Position numbers and translations under genes: made by a program. The notes below the pieces were generated by a model. That model did no database searches and had not been told where the DNA came from. It worked only from the letters and a program-made list of their open reading frames with translations. This document shows, piece by piece, positions 1 to 8,688 of a DNA stretch of 32,000 nucleotides (positions are counted from its first letter, which is position 1; every line of letters begins with the position of its first letter). This DNA comes from an uncultured archaeon (GTDB lineage Archaea > Asgardarchaeota > Jordiarchaeia > Jordiarchaeales > Jordiarchaeaceae): assembly GCA_964510585.1 (NCBI GenBank), contig CAZECW010000139.1, positions 1-32,000 on the forward strand, read 5' to 3'.

Positions 1-136
1 CTGCGTCTTGTTTAGCCTCTTAAGCCCAAGCCAAACCCTTCAGCTACCAACAACTATTTATATACCATACTTTCAAATAAACTTTCTGGCGATTCATCCC
101 CACGACTAAAGTCGGGGGCTTTCTCGCCAAGGTTTT
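1..136 (-). mobile_element. Left end of an IS200/IS605-family (IS608-like) element; the body of the element lies left of the window
   Basis: The minus strand reads TTAC|AAAACCTTGGCGAG-AAAG-CCCC-CGACT-TT-AGTCG-T-GGGG-ATGAATCGCCAG. That is a TTAC target (140-137), an AAAG guide tetranucleotide (122-119) and a bulged hairpin (118-98), the same layout as the IS608 left end as I recall it. A TATATAAA box (64-57) points into the element, and the junction falls inside an LplA-family reading frame. Confidence 0.8.
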
Positions 137-864
137 GTAACGTGTGGTATAAACATCCAGGCGATGTAAAAATTGGAGAGAGGAAGCTTTCAGGAACAAC
201 TTGCATTGAATTTGGAAAGGGAATAATCGTAGGCTCCTTTATCAACAGGATAAAACCAGACACCAAGTTCTTCGAAGACTATCTCATATATCCGGAAGAA
301 AAACTTAAAGACAAAATGCTCAAAGATATAACCGAATACGCCGCAAGCATCGAAACCCACGCACCCAAACTAATAAGCGAGGATGAAGTAGCGAAAATTC
401 TCAAAGAAGTTGTTGAGGAGAAGCTAGGTTTAGAGTTCGAACCAGGAACTTGGACACAGGACGAAAAGAACTTCCTACAGTTTGGCATGAGCATGCTAAC
501 CGACGAAAAAATGGTGACGAGCGTTTCGCATAGCAAGTGGTACTCCCAGCTTCAGGACGGCTTGGCCGCAGCAACCTACCGCTACAAGACTATGAAACTT
601 ATAAGCGCCAACGTAGCCGTCGACAAGACCAAAAGGATTAGGGATATCCTGATAACCGGCGACTTCCTTATATCACCAGCTGAAGGCTGGGAAAAAATCA
701 TGGAGGCCCTCAAGGGTCTGAAAGCCGACGATGAAGAAGCCATCAAAAAGGCAATAAGGGAAACGTTTGAGAAGAACAAGATTGACTACTCGGGATTCAC
801 ACTGGACGACATGGCAAAACCAGTCATAGAGGCAGGAAAACTAGCCATACAAAAACTAAAATGA
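137..864 (+). pseudogene. 3' remnant of a lipoate-protein ligase A (BPL/LplA/LipB fold) family gene, interrupted by the IS
   Basis: VWYKHPGDVKIGERKLSG...GSFINR...YPEEKLKDK aligns with the intact paralog at 17224-18357 from about its residue 143 onward. About 140 N-terminal residues are missing. The same frame upstream is non-homologous and hits TAG at 13-15. Confidence 0.8.
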
Positions 865-865
865 G

Positions 866-905
866 AGAGAAAAAGAAAGCTTTTTATTCTTTTCATTTTT
901 TTGTT
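866..905. terminator. Probable bidirectional U-tract terminator between convergent genes
   Basis: An A-run followed by T-runs (aaaaagaaagctttttattctttcattttt) lies between the stops at 864 (+) and 972 (-). Confidence 0.4.
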
Positions 906-971
906 GTCTAGTTTGGGCCGGGGTTCAAATGGTTTTTAAGTTTTCATGGTTTTGCTGATGATGCATTTTTG

Positions 972-1487
972 CTATTTGGTTGTTTCTTTGTTTGTAGCGT
1001 CTGGTGGATCTCTTTTTAGCCATTCTTTGTAGAATGCGTCTATGTCTGGTAGGAAGTCGAATATTGGTGGGTAGAATGGTGGAACTGCTTCGACGTCTAG
1101 TAAGGTTTTGCACTGGGGGCAGAAGTATTCTCTCAGTTCTTGGTAATTGATGTTGGTGGACATATATTTGGGATATATTTCCATTAGTTTTTCTTCGGTG
1201 TCTCTCACGTATATAAGTGCGTTTAGTTTCCAATTTTCTCGGTAGTCGCCGAACTCGTAGCCGCAGTCACACTTGATGATTCTTTTTCCCTCCTTGGCCA
1301 CTATGTAGAGATGCTCTGCGTATGGCAGTATGATTTTTTCGCTCCATGGTACTTTTTCCTGTAGTATTTCAAGGTATTTGTCGAAGCGGTCTGTGTCTTT
1401 GGGTGAGCTCAGCATTTCCTTAATTTCAGGCCAGGAAAGTTTTCCCTCGATGAGTTTTCTAATTCTCTCCTTAGTGTAACGCGTCAT
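972..1487 (-). CDS. acxC: Acetone carboxylase gamma-subunit-like protein
   Basis: 171 aa with CxC (KCDCGYEFG) and CxxC (YFCPQC) zinc motifs, plus HLYIV, ENWK and REYFCP motifs. It is the third gene of the operon. Confidence 0.85.
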   Translation of the reverse strand: MTRYTKERIRKLIEGKLSWPEIKEMLSSPKDTDRFDKYLEILQEKVPWSEKIILPYAEHLYIVAKEGKRIIKCDCGYEFGDYRENWKLNALIYVRDTEEKLMEIYPKYMSTNINYQELREYFCPQCKTLLDVEAVPPFYPPIFDFLPDIDAFYKEWLKRDPPDATNKETTK

Positions 1488-1500
1488 TCAGAACCACCTC

Positions 1501-3750
1501 CTAGAAAAAGAAGTCCTCAGGCAAGCCCCAGAACTCCCTAAACTCTTTACCCCACCTTTCAGAAAGCCTGAGGGAATCATTGTACATTTCTTTTATTTCT
1601 TGGCAGACTTCCCTATTTAGAATCCTTGACCTGGTTTTTTCAATCCATTCTCTAACTGGAATAGCTTTTCTCCCCCTTTCCTCCCTGAGCTCCTTCCTTT
1701 TTTTCTCTGTTTTTTCCTTGTTTACCTTCCACTTTCCGGATACTTCGTCGCGTTCCAAAATCACACCATAAGTGCTCTCTGCGAATCTGAAAAGTATGGA
1801 CTCCTCATTAACATCTTTGGCAACTCTCTCTGGGTCTCTCTCTAAAACATCGCCATACCCGTCTCCACCTCTTACAGAGTTTATGTAGAGGTCTCCCTGA
1901 TTGAAGAGAATTTCTGGTGGAATAATCATCCTCTTCTCGTAGACGTAGTCGCCCTTAACATATTTTCTTATTTCGGAATTCTCTGGGTCAAATTCTCTAT
2001 AGGGATAAGGCTGTTTATTCTTTATGAGCTCCATCATATTGGTATTATGTATTTCGCGTCTGTAGCCACCAGCAGCAGGGTAACCTCCAAATAGTCCCCC
2101 GCTGGTAAATATGCTGACACCCATCCACATTAGTTCATAATCGTTGGTTTTCCAAAGCATACGTACTGATTCAAAGCCGTTGCCACCCCTGAATTTTCCA
2201 GGACCTGCAGAGTTGGGCTGAACTCTCCTACCCAAGTATAGCAGGGGTTCCACTATTTCCCACACCTCTACGTCGCCCATATCGGCTTCGGGGTTAAACA
2301 TGGCAAAGGCGTGGTCTAAACCGTCATCAAAAGCCCTAGCTCCAAGGCCCGAACTAGCAAACTCAAAGTTAAACATTGCAGACTCTCGACCCAAATAGTC
2401 CTTCCCGCCGCCAGACATCAAATTGTGACAAACAGTCATACCCGCCAAAACCTCTTCGATGAATCCTCTAGAAAAATATCCCCTACTATAAGATCTAAAG
2501 AGACCATTAAGACCAGTGATAAAACTTCCCCAACTAAAGACAGTACAGGGAAGCGTTGACTCTGGATTAAGAATCGATCCGTAAGGGAGTTTAAGTTCAA
2601 ACACCAACGATAGACCAGCATTTATCTTGTCACTGGGCCAGATTATTTCTGAGCTGATGGAATAGAGTCCACCATAAACAGCGCTGGGTGAGGCGTTAAA
2701 GGAATGGTATCCCCACTTTGAAGCCCCATCAAAATCTATTACAATGTTACCATCGGGCTTTATGGTCATCTCCATAGGCATGTGCATCACTGTGTCCTTA
2801 GCTGCCCTAGCAGGTACTCTTTTTGAGCCCTTAAATGTTACATCGCCGAAGGAAGCTGCGCGGTAACGCCCAGGAATCATGGTTCTTTTAATAACTTCTA
2901 TTACCGCCAATCTGCCGTCTTCTATGGCTTCACGAATGAAGCGTTTGAAGTTTTCTATTCCAATCTCATTTATAACTTTATGAACCGAGTTTCTAATTAT
3001 GTCGCACCCAGCCAACCTAGCTTTTTCGTCCAGTTTCCAGTAAATGGGATTTCTTATGAGACGTTCACATCTCACTTCCCAATACTTATAAATTGTGTCA
3101 TTCTCGCCAATCTTTTCACAGGGAGCCTTCAATCCTTCCTCATAGCAGGTAGTGGGTCCAACCGGCGCTGTGCCTGGGACAACTGCTCCTATGTCTAGGC
3201 CATGTATGCAGGCTCCAGCCCAAGCCACCATTTCTCCCTTCCAGAAAATGGGCTTTATGGTGTGAACATCCGCAGTGTGACAGTTTCCTATGAAAACATC
3301 GTTATTACAGAAGACATCGCCTGGTGCTATGCCCGGATTATCCTCGTAGTCGTTTCTAATCATCCATTTTATGGCATCACTCATAGTTCTTACGTGGGTA
3401 ATTATGCCTGTAGATATTGCTATGGTGTCACCCTCAGGACTATAAAGGGTAAAGCACAGTTCTCCTAACTCTTGGACAATGGGGGAGGCAGATATATTCA
3501 TAGATGTTTCCCGAGCACTAACTAGGGAGCCTCTAATGAGCGCAAATATCCGCTCGTAAACAAGTGGGTTCTGCTCTTTATATTCTAATTTTTCTAGTCC
3601 ATAGTATCTCCCCGTTTTCCGGAAGAGTTCCTCGGATTCCTTCAACATTTCTTTTAGGGTTTTACCGTTCCATCCAATTTTTCTGGTTCTCGAGCCTTCT
3701 ACTCCCTCAATCTCCACCAATTGTGGTTCTCTAACAAAACTTGGCACCAT
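1501..3750 (-). CDS. acxB: Acetone carboxylase alpha-subunit-like protein (hydantoinase B/oxoprolinase family)
   Basis: 749 aa with GELCFTLY, the metal-ligand motifs GNCHTADVHTI and IHGLDIG, and DSAGPGKFRGG-like and GGDGYGD motifs. Confidence 0.85.
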   Translation of the reverse strand: MVPSFVREPQLVEIEGVEGSRTRKIGWNGKTLKEMLKESEELFRKTGRYYGLEKLEYKEQNPLVYERIFALIRGSLVSARETSMNISASPIVQELGELCFTLYSPEGDTIAISTGIITHVRTMSDAIKWMIRNDYEDNPGIAPGDVFCNNDVFIGNCHTADVHTIKPIFWKGEMVAWAGACIHGLDIGAVVPGTAPVGPTTCYEEGLKAPCEKIGENDTIYKYWEVRCERLIRNPIYWKLDEKARLAGCDIIRNSVHKVINEIGIENFKRFIREAIEDGRLAVIEVIKRTMIPGRYRAASFGDVTFKGSKRVPARAAKDTVMHMPMEMTIKPDGNIVIDFDGASKWGYHSFNASPSAVYGGLYSISSEIIWPSDKINAGLSLVFELKLPYGSILNPESTLPCTVFSWGSFITGLNGLFRSYSRGYFSRGFIEEVLAGMTVCHNLMSGGGKDYLGRESAMFNFEFASSGLGARAFDDGLDHAFAMFNPEADMGDVEVWEIVEPLLYLGRRVQPNSAGPGKFRGGNGFESVRMLWKTNDYELMWMGVSIFTSGGLFGGYPAAGGYRREIHNTNMMELIKNKQPYPYREFDPENSEIRKYVKGDYVYEKRMIIPPEILFNQGDLYINSVRGGDGYGDVLERDPERVAKDVNEESILFRFAESTYGVILERDEVSGKWKVNKEKTEKKRKELREERGRKAIPVREWIEKTRSRILNREVCQEIKEMYNDSLRLSERWGKEFREFWGLPEDFFF

Positions 3751-3753
3751 TCC

Positions 3754-5889
3754 TCACTTCCTCCTTATGTGAAATATTCGATACTCATCTAAGTATGCGT
3801 AACAGTCTCGGGGCAGAAAGAGGGTGGTGTTGGGAGATTCCACAATCGCCGTACCATTTATTACGTTTCCCGCTTTTAGTAGATCCATTTCGTACACTTC
3901 TCCGGGTGACCATTGACCCCTCCAGTAAACGTCTCTCTCACCCTTAAAAGCCTCTTCAGGAGGCTTTGCACCCTTCTTTTTCTCCTTGTACAGTACTGGT
4001 TTTTTTAAGGGATACCTTCCAACCCCTATAGCGTATGTTAGGTAGTAACCTGCTTCTGGAAGTTTTGCGCTTCGGGCGTAAATTTTTTCGTAGTGTTTTT
4101 CAAAGGTTTCAATTACTTTATCCATATCCTTTCCTGAGAGTATCTTTTCCACGGGGGATGGAAATTCCAAGTCGGTTAGTTGACCTGCGTATTGCATTCG
4201 GACATAGGGATGGAAGGTTATTTTTCCCTTCTCACAACCAGCGTCTACTAATTCTTTGAAGCATTCCTCCCTCTGAGAATCCCAGAACCCGGTGACCAGT
4301 GAACCAATAAAACTCTTAAAATCATCATTGGCATTAGGCCAAATTGGTAGATCCGATGAGCGATCTCTTCTAGCCTCCAGATTTCCACAAGCACAGCCAA
4401 AGGCCGAAAAGGCAGCCGCCCAACTGGGAACCAATACATCCAAAAATGGAATTTCCCGAGTATAGTTTGCTGCCAGAACTGGGCCGCCCCCACCATAGGA
4501 AAGCAAAACATAGTCCACAGGTGAATAGCCTCTTCCCAATATAGCTCCGTAAACTATATCCCTCATCTGGGTCTCAAGTAACTCTACGACTCCCGCAGCA
4601 GCATCGTAAGTGTCAAGGCCCAGTTCGGATGCTACTTGTTTTTCTATCTCTCTATACGCTTTTTCCTTGTTTAGCTTTATTTCTCCGCCTAAGAAGTAGT
4701 CTGGATTCAGAACTCCCAGTACAAGCTCACAATCGGTGATGGTAGGATACTCCACCCCGCCTTCCTCAAATGAGACTCCGATGCGATAACCAGCGCTGTC
4801 TGGACCAATCTCTACTCTCTTTGAGATTGGATCCACTCTCACATAGCTTCCCATGCCAGCCCCTCGACTCTCTGTAGCCACCATGGGCAGATTAATCAGA
4901 AACCTGCCTATTTCTGGATTGGCTTCAATAGTGTATTCTCCGTCGGTGATTAGTCCCACATCAAAGCTCGTTCCACCAACATCAGTGCACACAATGTTTC
5001 TTAAGCCTAGGACTTCGCCCAAATATTTTCCTCCAATTATTCCGCCTATGGGACCAGAAGTCATTGAGCGAACCAACTGTTTTGTTTCTATGCTAATTGC
5101 ACCCCCGTGACTTGACATGATCCGAAGTTCGAATCTTGACCCTAGCTTTCTCAACTCCTGATCAATTTTTCTCAGTTGACTTCTTGAGCCTGCAGCTGCG
5201 TAGGCTTCTAGAGTTACCACATTCATTCTTGGAAAATCACCCCTAATAGGATGAAATTCGGAGGCTGTTATGATGGGAATATTCACCTTTCTCTCTGCCA
5301 AAACTTTTTGTGCTATTTCCTTAGCTCTGCTCTCATGAATTCCGTTCCTATAAGAAAAGAGAAAATTAATAACGATAGCCTCAACTCCCAAGTCTAATAG
5401 TTCTTTAACAGCTGATTCCACCTCGTGCTCATAAAGTGGGATTACAATATCACCCATAACATCTATCCTCTCCCTAACTCCTCGAATGAGCTCCTCGGGT
5501 ATAAGCGGCTCATTGTGAATGTGGGTGGCAGCATGAAACCGATCCTGGTAGGAGTATCCCATATAGGTTTGTTTAGCTCTCTCCAAGCGGAAATAATGCT
5601 CCATTCCCTTCGTTACTATGGCTCCCACTTTGCTGCCTTTCCTCTCAAGAACCCTGTTGAGCATAGTGGTTCCGGAGTAGATAGCAGTTTCGAGGTTGGG
5701 AACAGTGTCTTCAGCCTTCATATCCCAGTAACTCAAAGCATTGCTCAGCGAGGCCAAGAAACCTATAGACTCATCATAAGGGGTGCTTCGCGCCTTGCCA
5801 ATGGTAAAGCGGCCTTCCTCATCTATCACTATCGTATCAGTCATCGTGCCGCCAGCATCGATTGCCAGGACATTTGGAACCTTTACCAA
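3754..5889 (-). CDS. acxA: Acetone carboxylase beta-subunit-like protein (hydantoinase A/oxoprolinase family, ATP-binding)
   Basis: 711 aa with IDAGGTMTD, SGTTMLNRVLERKG, SGPIGG and TDVGGTSFD actin-like ATPase motifs. TTG start preceded by GGTGG. Confidence 0.85.
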   Translation of the reverse strand: MVKVPNVLAIDAGGTMTDTIVIDEEGRFTIGKARSTPYDESIGFLASLSNALSYWDMKAEDTVPNLETAIYSGTTMLNRVLERKGSKVGAIVTKGMEHYFRLERAKQTYMGYSYQDRFHAATHIHNEPLIPEELIRGVRERIDVMGDIVIPLYEHEVESAVKELLDLGVEAIVINFLFSYRNGIHESRAKEIAQKVLAERKVNIPIITASEFHPIRGDFPRMNVVTLEAYAAAGSRSQLRKIDQELRKLGSRFELRIMSSHGGAISIETKQLVRSMTSGPIGGIIGGKYLGEVLGLRNIVCTDVGGTSFDVGLITDGEYTIEANPEIGRFLINLPMVATESRGAGMGSYVRVDPISKRVEIGPDSAGYRIGVSFEEGGVEYPTITDCELVLGVLNPDYFLGGEIKLNKEKAYREIEKQVASELGLDTYDAAAGVVELLETQMRDIVYGAILGRGYSPVDYVLLSYGGGGPVLAANYTREIPFLDVLVPSWAAAFSAFGCACGNLEARRDRSSDLPIWPNANDDFKSFIGSLVTGFWDSQREECFKELVDAGCEKGKITFHPYVRMQYAGQLTDLEFPSPVEKILSGKDMDKVIETFEKHYEKIYARSAKLPEAGYYLTYAIGVGRYPLKKPVLYKEKKKGAKPPEEAFKGERDVYWRGQWSPGEVYEMDLLKAGNVINGTAIVESPNTTLFLPRDCYAYLDEYRIFHIRRK

Positions 5890-6275
5890 TTTTTACCACC
5901 AATTATTTCCAATCAAAAACAGTTCATAGCTTATATGACGAAACTGGTGTTATTTTAATTTAAGTTCCTACTTTTTCATTATTCACAGATATAAAATTAT
6001 CTCCTGATTTGTCAAGTGGCAAACTCTATAAATTTTTTAATATATTTTATTTGTAAATTAAAAAATTTTCAAAAAATTAAGAAAAAATTATAAAAACAAA
6101 AATCTAATTCACTTGCATCAATTTAAGGAGTGTGGTGGCAAAAACGTATACTTCCCGTTTACGGTAAAAAATTCAATTTGGCAAATTTGTCGAAGAATAG
6201 AAATCATATCGCAAGACGACTCTAGTGCCCAGTCAGAAGCGGGATGACAGAAATGTTACTCACGATAATAATTTT

Positions 6276-6920
6276 TTAGTAACCATTGGGCAGGGATTCT
6301 ACAAATGAGTAGTCTAATTTTATGTTTTCATTTGCGTTTCCGATGACAGGTACATCGTGGCCTGGTAGGAGTATCTCAACATCCAGCTCTGTTAGTCTTT
6401 TTATTGATTTCTTAAGCTCGAGTATGTCGCCTCCAGGTATGTCTGTGCGCCCCACCCCGTAAGCAAAAATGGTGTCTCCTGAAAAAAGAATCTTTTTATC
6501 CGAATTGTATAGACAGATGCTGCCCGGGGAATGACCTGGGGTATGGATAACTTTGAAATTCATATTCCCAAGCTGTATTATGTCTCCGTCCTTCAGTTTG
6601 ACTTGAACCTCAAATCCCGCCTTTTTCTCAATGTAGGCTGCCTCGATTTCGTGAATCATTACTTCAGCTGCACAGAAATCCACTACTTCAAGCACTCCAC
6701 CAATGTGGTCTGGGTGGAAGTGAGTTATTACCAATTTTTTTATGTTCCGAGGGTCTAGGCCCAGAGATTCAATATCCTTGATGAAGTGGCTCCTGAAATC
6801 CCCGGTTAAGCCGGAATCAATTAGTGCCAGTTCACCCTTGCCAACAACGTAAACGTTTGATCCCCAGGAACGCCCAGGAATCATTGCTATTTGGTCAATT
6901 ATCTCCATTTCAAATTTCAC
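6276..6920 (-). CDS. Metallo-beta-lactamase-fold hydrolase (glyoxalase II-like)
   Basis: Motifs THFHPDHIGG (HxHxDH), HTPGHSPGS, FSGDTIF and LPGH. Confidence 0.85.
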   Translation of the reverse strand: MKFEMEIIDQIAMIPGRSWGSNVYVVGKGELALIDSGLTGDFRSHFIKDIESLGLDPRNIKKLVITHFHPDHIGGVLEVVDFCAAEVMIHEIEAAYIEKKAGFEVQVKLKDGDIIQLGNMNFKVIHTPGHSPGSICLYNSDKKILFSGDTIFAYGVGRTDIPGGDILELKKSIKRLTELDVEILLPGHDVPVIGNANENIKLDYSFVESLPNGY

Positions 6921-7088
6921 CCTTTTCTCGGAAGATTAACTATACAAATACCCAAATACATTTATATTTTCGCCCAGTTTGAGAATCTGGGTTTAGTGGT
7001 TTGATTTTTAAGTGCAGGGGAAATGTTATCTTTAAAGATTTTGATTATCAAATGTTATTCTACCAAAGTGTTGGAGGTTTAGTTAGTT

Positions 7089-7508
7089 ATGCCGAGTGTG
7101 GAAGAGCTTTTGGAGAAGGCTAAGGGTTTCTATCCTAAACACCCAGACCTTATGAGGCACCTTGAGATAGGAGCGCTATGGGAGTATCATATTCGCCCCT
7201 TCACACTGGACAGCAACGATAAACTCATCTTCCACTTAACGAAGCTCTCCGAGGATGAAATCAGATTTGAACAGGGACCTGCACCAGAAAAGCCAGATTT
7301 AATACTTTATTTTACCGAGAACGCCATGGTGAAACTGGTCGATGAATCAAATGATGCTGACACCTATTATGAGAAGTATCGTGAAATACTCAAAAACCCC
7401 GACGTAGGAGTGGAACTAGACTACAAAATAAATAAACCCCGCCTAAAACTCTTCAGAATGGGCTACAAAGAATGGGCTGAAACCTACAAGTTCCAAGCTT
7501 GGACCTAA
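7089..7508 (+). CDS. Hypothetical protein, possibly SCP2 (sterol/lipid-carrier)-like fold
   Basis: 139-aa ORF with a GGAGG upstream. The segment IFHLTKLSEDEIRFEQGPAPEKPDLILYFTENAMVKLV resembles the SCP2 beta-hairpin/PD-strand-helix pattern, judged by eye only. Confidence 0.5.
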   Translation: MPSVEELLEKAKGFYPKHPDLMRHLEIGALWEYHIRPFTLDSNDKLIFHLTKLSEDEIRFEQGPAPEKPDLILYFTENAMVKLVDESNDADTYYEKYREILKNPDVGVELDYKINKPRLKLFRMGYKEWAETYKFQAWT

Positions 7509-7544
7509 ACCAAAAAATTGAGGATTTACCCTGACTTAGAGCAT

Positions 7545-7817
7545 TTAATAAAATATTTTATCAGATCTTTTCATCTTTAGGTATTCTTCTATGTAGGCTC
7601 TTAGCCCTTTTTCTCCAGCGGCTTGGATGGCTAATTCTTTGTCACCGATTATCTTCAATTCTACTTCGTCTAGGGAGTAGTCGGAATCCAAAGAGTCGTC
7701 ATTAGCAATATCTACTCTTAGCGAGTTGCCCACCCTCACTGTGCACTTCCTTTTCCCCTCTTCAATCCTCGTTACGTATTCCCCTGTGAGGTAATCCCAA
7801 CCCTTGGTTACCTTCAT
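7545..7817 (-). CDS. Small hypothetical protein
   Basis: ATG at 7817 follows a GAGGTG RBS. About 90 aa with protein-like composition, convergent with 7089-7508. Confidence 0.55.
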   Translation of the reverse strand: MKVTKGWDYLTGEYVTRIEEGKRKCTVRVGNSLRVDIANDDSLDSDYSLDEVELKIIGDKELAIQAAGEKGLRAYIEEYLKMKRSDKIFY

Positions 7818-8038
7818 ATCAAATAACACCTCTCACAATCTAATCCATTGGGAATAAAAGTATTTTTTCTTTGCCCCTTATCGGATACTGTTTTTGAGAA
7901 TTTTTCAAACAGAAAATATTTACACCAAATTATTTCAACAATTTTACAAATACTTTTTTAAACAAATTTATTAGAACGAAAAATAACAATTTTATATTCT
8001 TAGAATTGTGATGGTTTTGGAATATTAGAGGTGGTTTC

Positions 8039-8685
8039 TTGAGTGAAGTCTTGAATAAAATTGCCAAGTCTATCGAAGAGTTGGATGGAAAAGAAGCCGA
8101 GAAATTGGTGAGGAAGGCTCTGGACGAGGGCGTTGACCCGGTTAAGATTTTGGAGGATGGAATTATAGCCGGAGTCAGAGCCATTGGAGAAAAGTTTGAA
8201 AAAAGGAGTACTTTTTAGCCGAACTTTACGAAGGCGGTGAAATAGCGGAGAAACTGGTGGAAATTGTGGGACCTAGGATACCCAAGGAGGCAGGTGGGGC
8301 ACGCAAGAGAGTGGTTATTGGCACAGTGCACGGAGACCTACATGATATAGGTAAGAATCTTGTAGCTATGCAGCTTACCATGGCGGGCTTTGAAGTTAGA
8401 GATCTAGGCATAGATGTTCCCGCAATGAGATTCATCGAGGAGGCGGAGAACTTCAAAGCAGATATTATAGCTATGTCATCTCTCTTGATGGCCACAATGA
8501 TGAATATGGCAGAAGTTGTGAACCTTCTAAAAGAGCTTGGCTTGAGAGACAAATACAAAGTACTGGTGGGCGGTGGACCCATAAATCCCGCTTTAGCTCA
8601 AATGTTTGGAGCAGACGGATACGCTGAGAACGCTGTGGAAGCGGTAAAGGTCGCCAAAAAGTTGGTGGGCTTAGGAGGTGCTTAA
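8039..8685 (+). pseudogene. Corrinoid (B12-binding) methyl-acceptor protein, MtmC/MtaC-like, split by a one-base frameshift in an A6 run (8199-8204)
   Basis: TTG at 8039 after GAGGTGG gives a B12 cap domain (EGVDPVKILEDGIIAGVRAIGEKFEK), which stops at TAG 8216-8218. The -1 frame continues KEYFLAELYEGG...GDLHDIGKNLV (DxHxxG). Adding one A restores a 215-aa protein. Confidence 0.85.
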
Positions 8686-8688
8686 AAA

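Noticed and set aside
1-42. Minus-strand open frame RVWLGLKRLNKTQ, faintly like a TnpB N-terminus
   Set aside because: It is only 13 codons, is preceded by TGA, has no in-frame start codon and is cut by the window edge, so it cannot support a CDS call.
54-266. 70-aa minus-strand ORF spanning the IS end
   Set aside because: It is antisense to the lplA remnant and runs through the IS hairpin, with no recognisable motif.
1501-5889. Annotation as hydantoinase/5-oxoprolinase
   Set aside because: The adjacent zinc-binding gamma subunit, the beta-alpha-gamma gene order and Acx-type motifs favour an acetone-carboxylase-like enzyme. The true substrate is still unproven.
5425-5958. 177-aa plus-strand ORF
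   Set aside because: It is an antisense shadow of acxA with no motifs.
8216-8218. TAG ending the first corrinoid fragment next to mtmB, as possible pyrrolysine readthrough
   Set aside because: Readthrough stays in the wrong frame and meets another TAG nine codons later. Homology continues only in the -1 frame, and no pyl genes are in the window.
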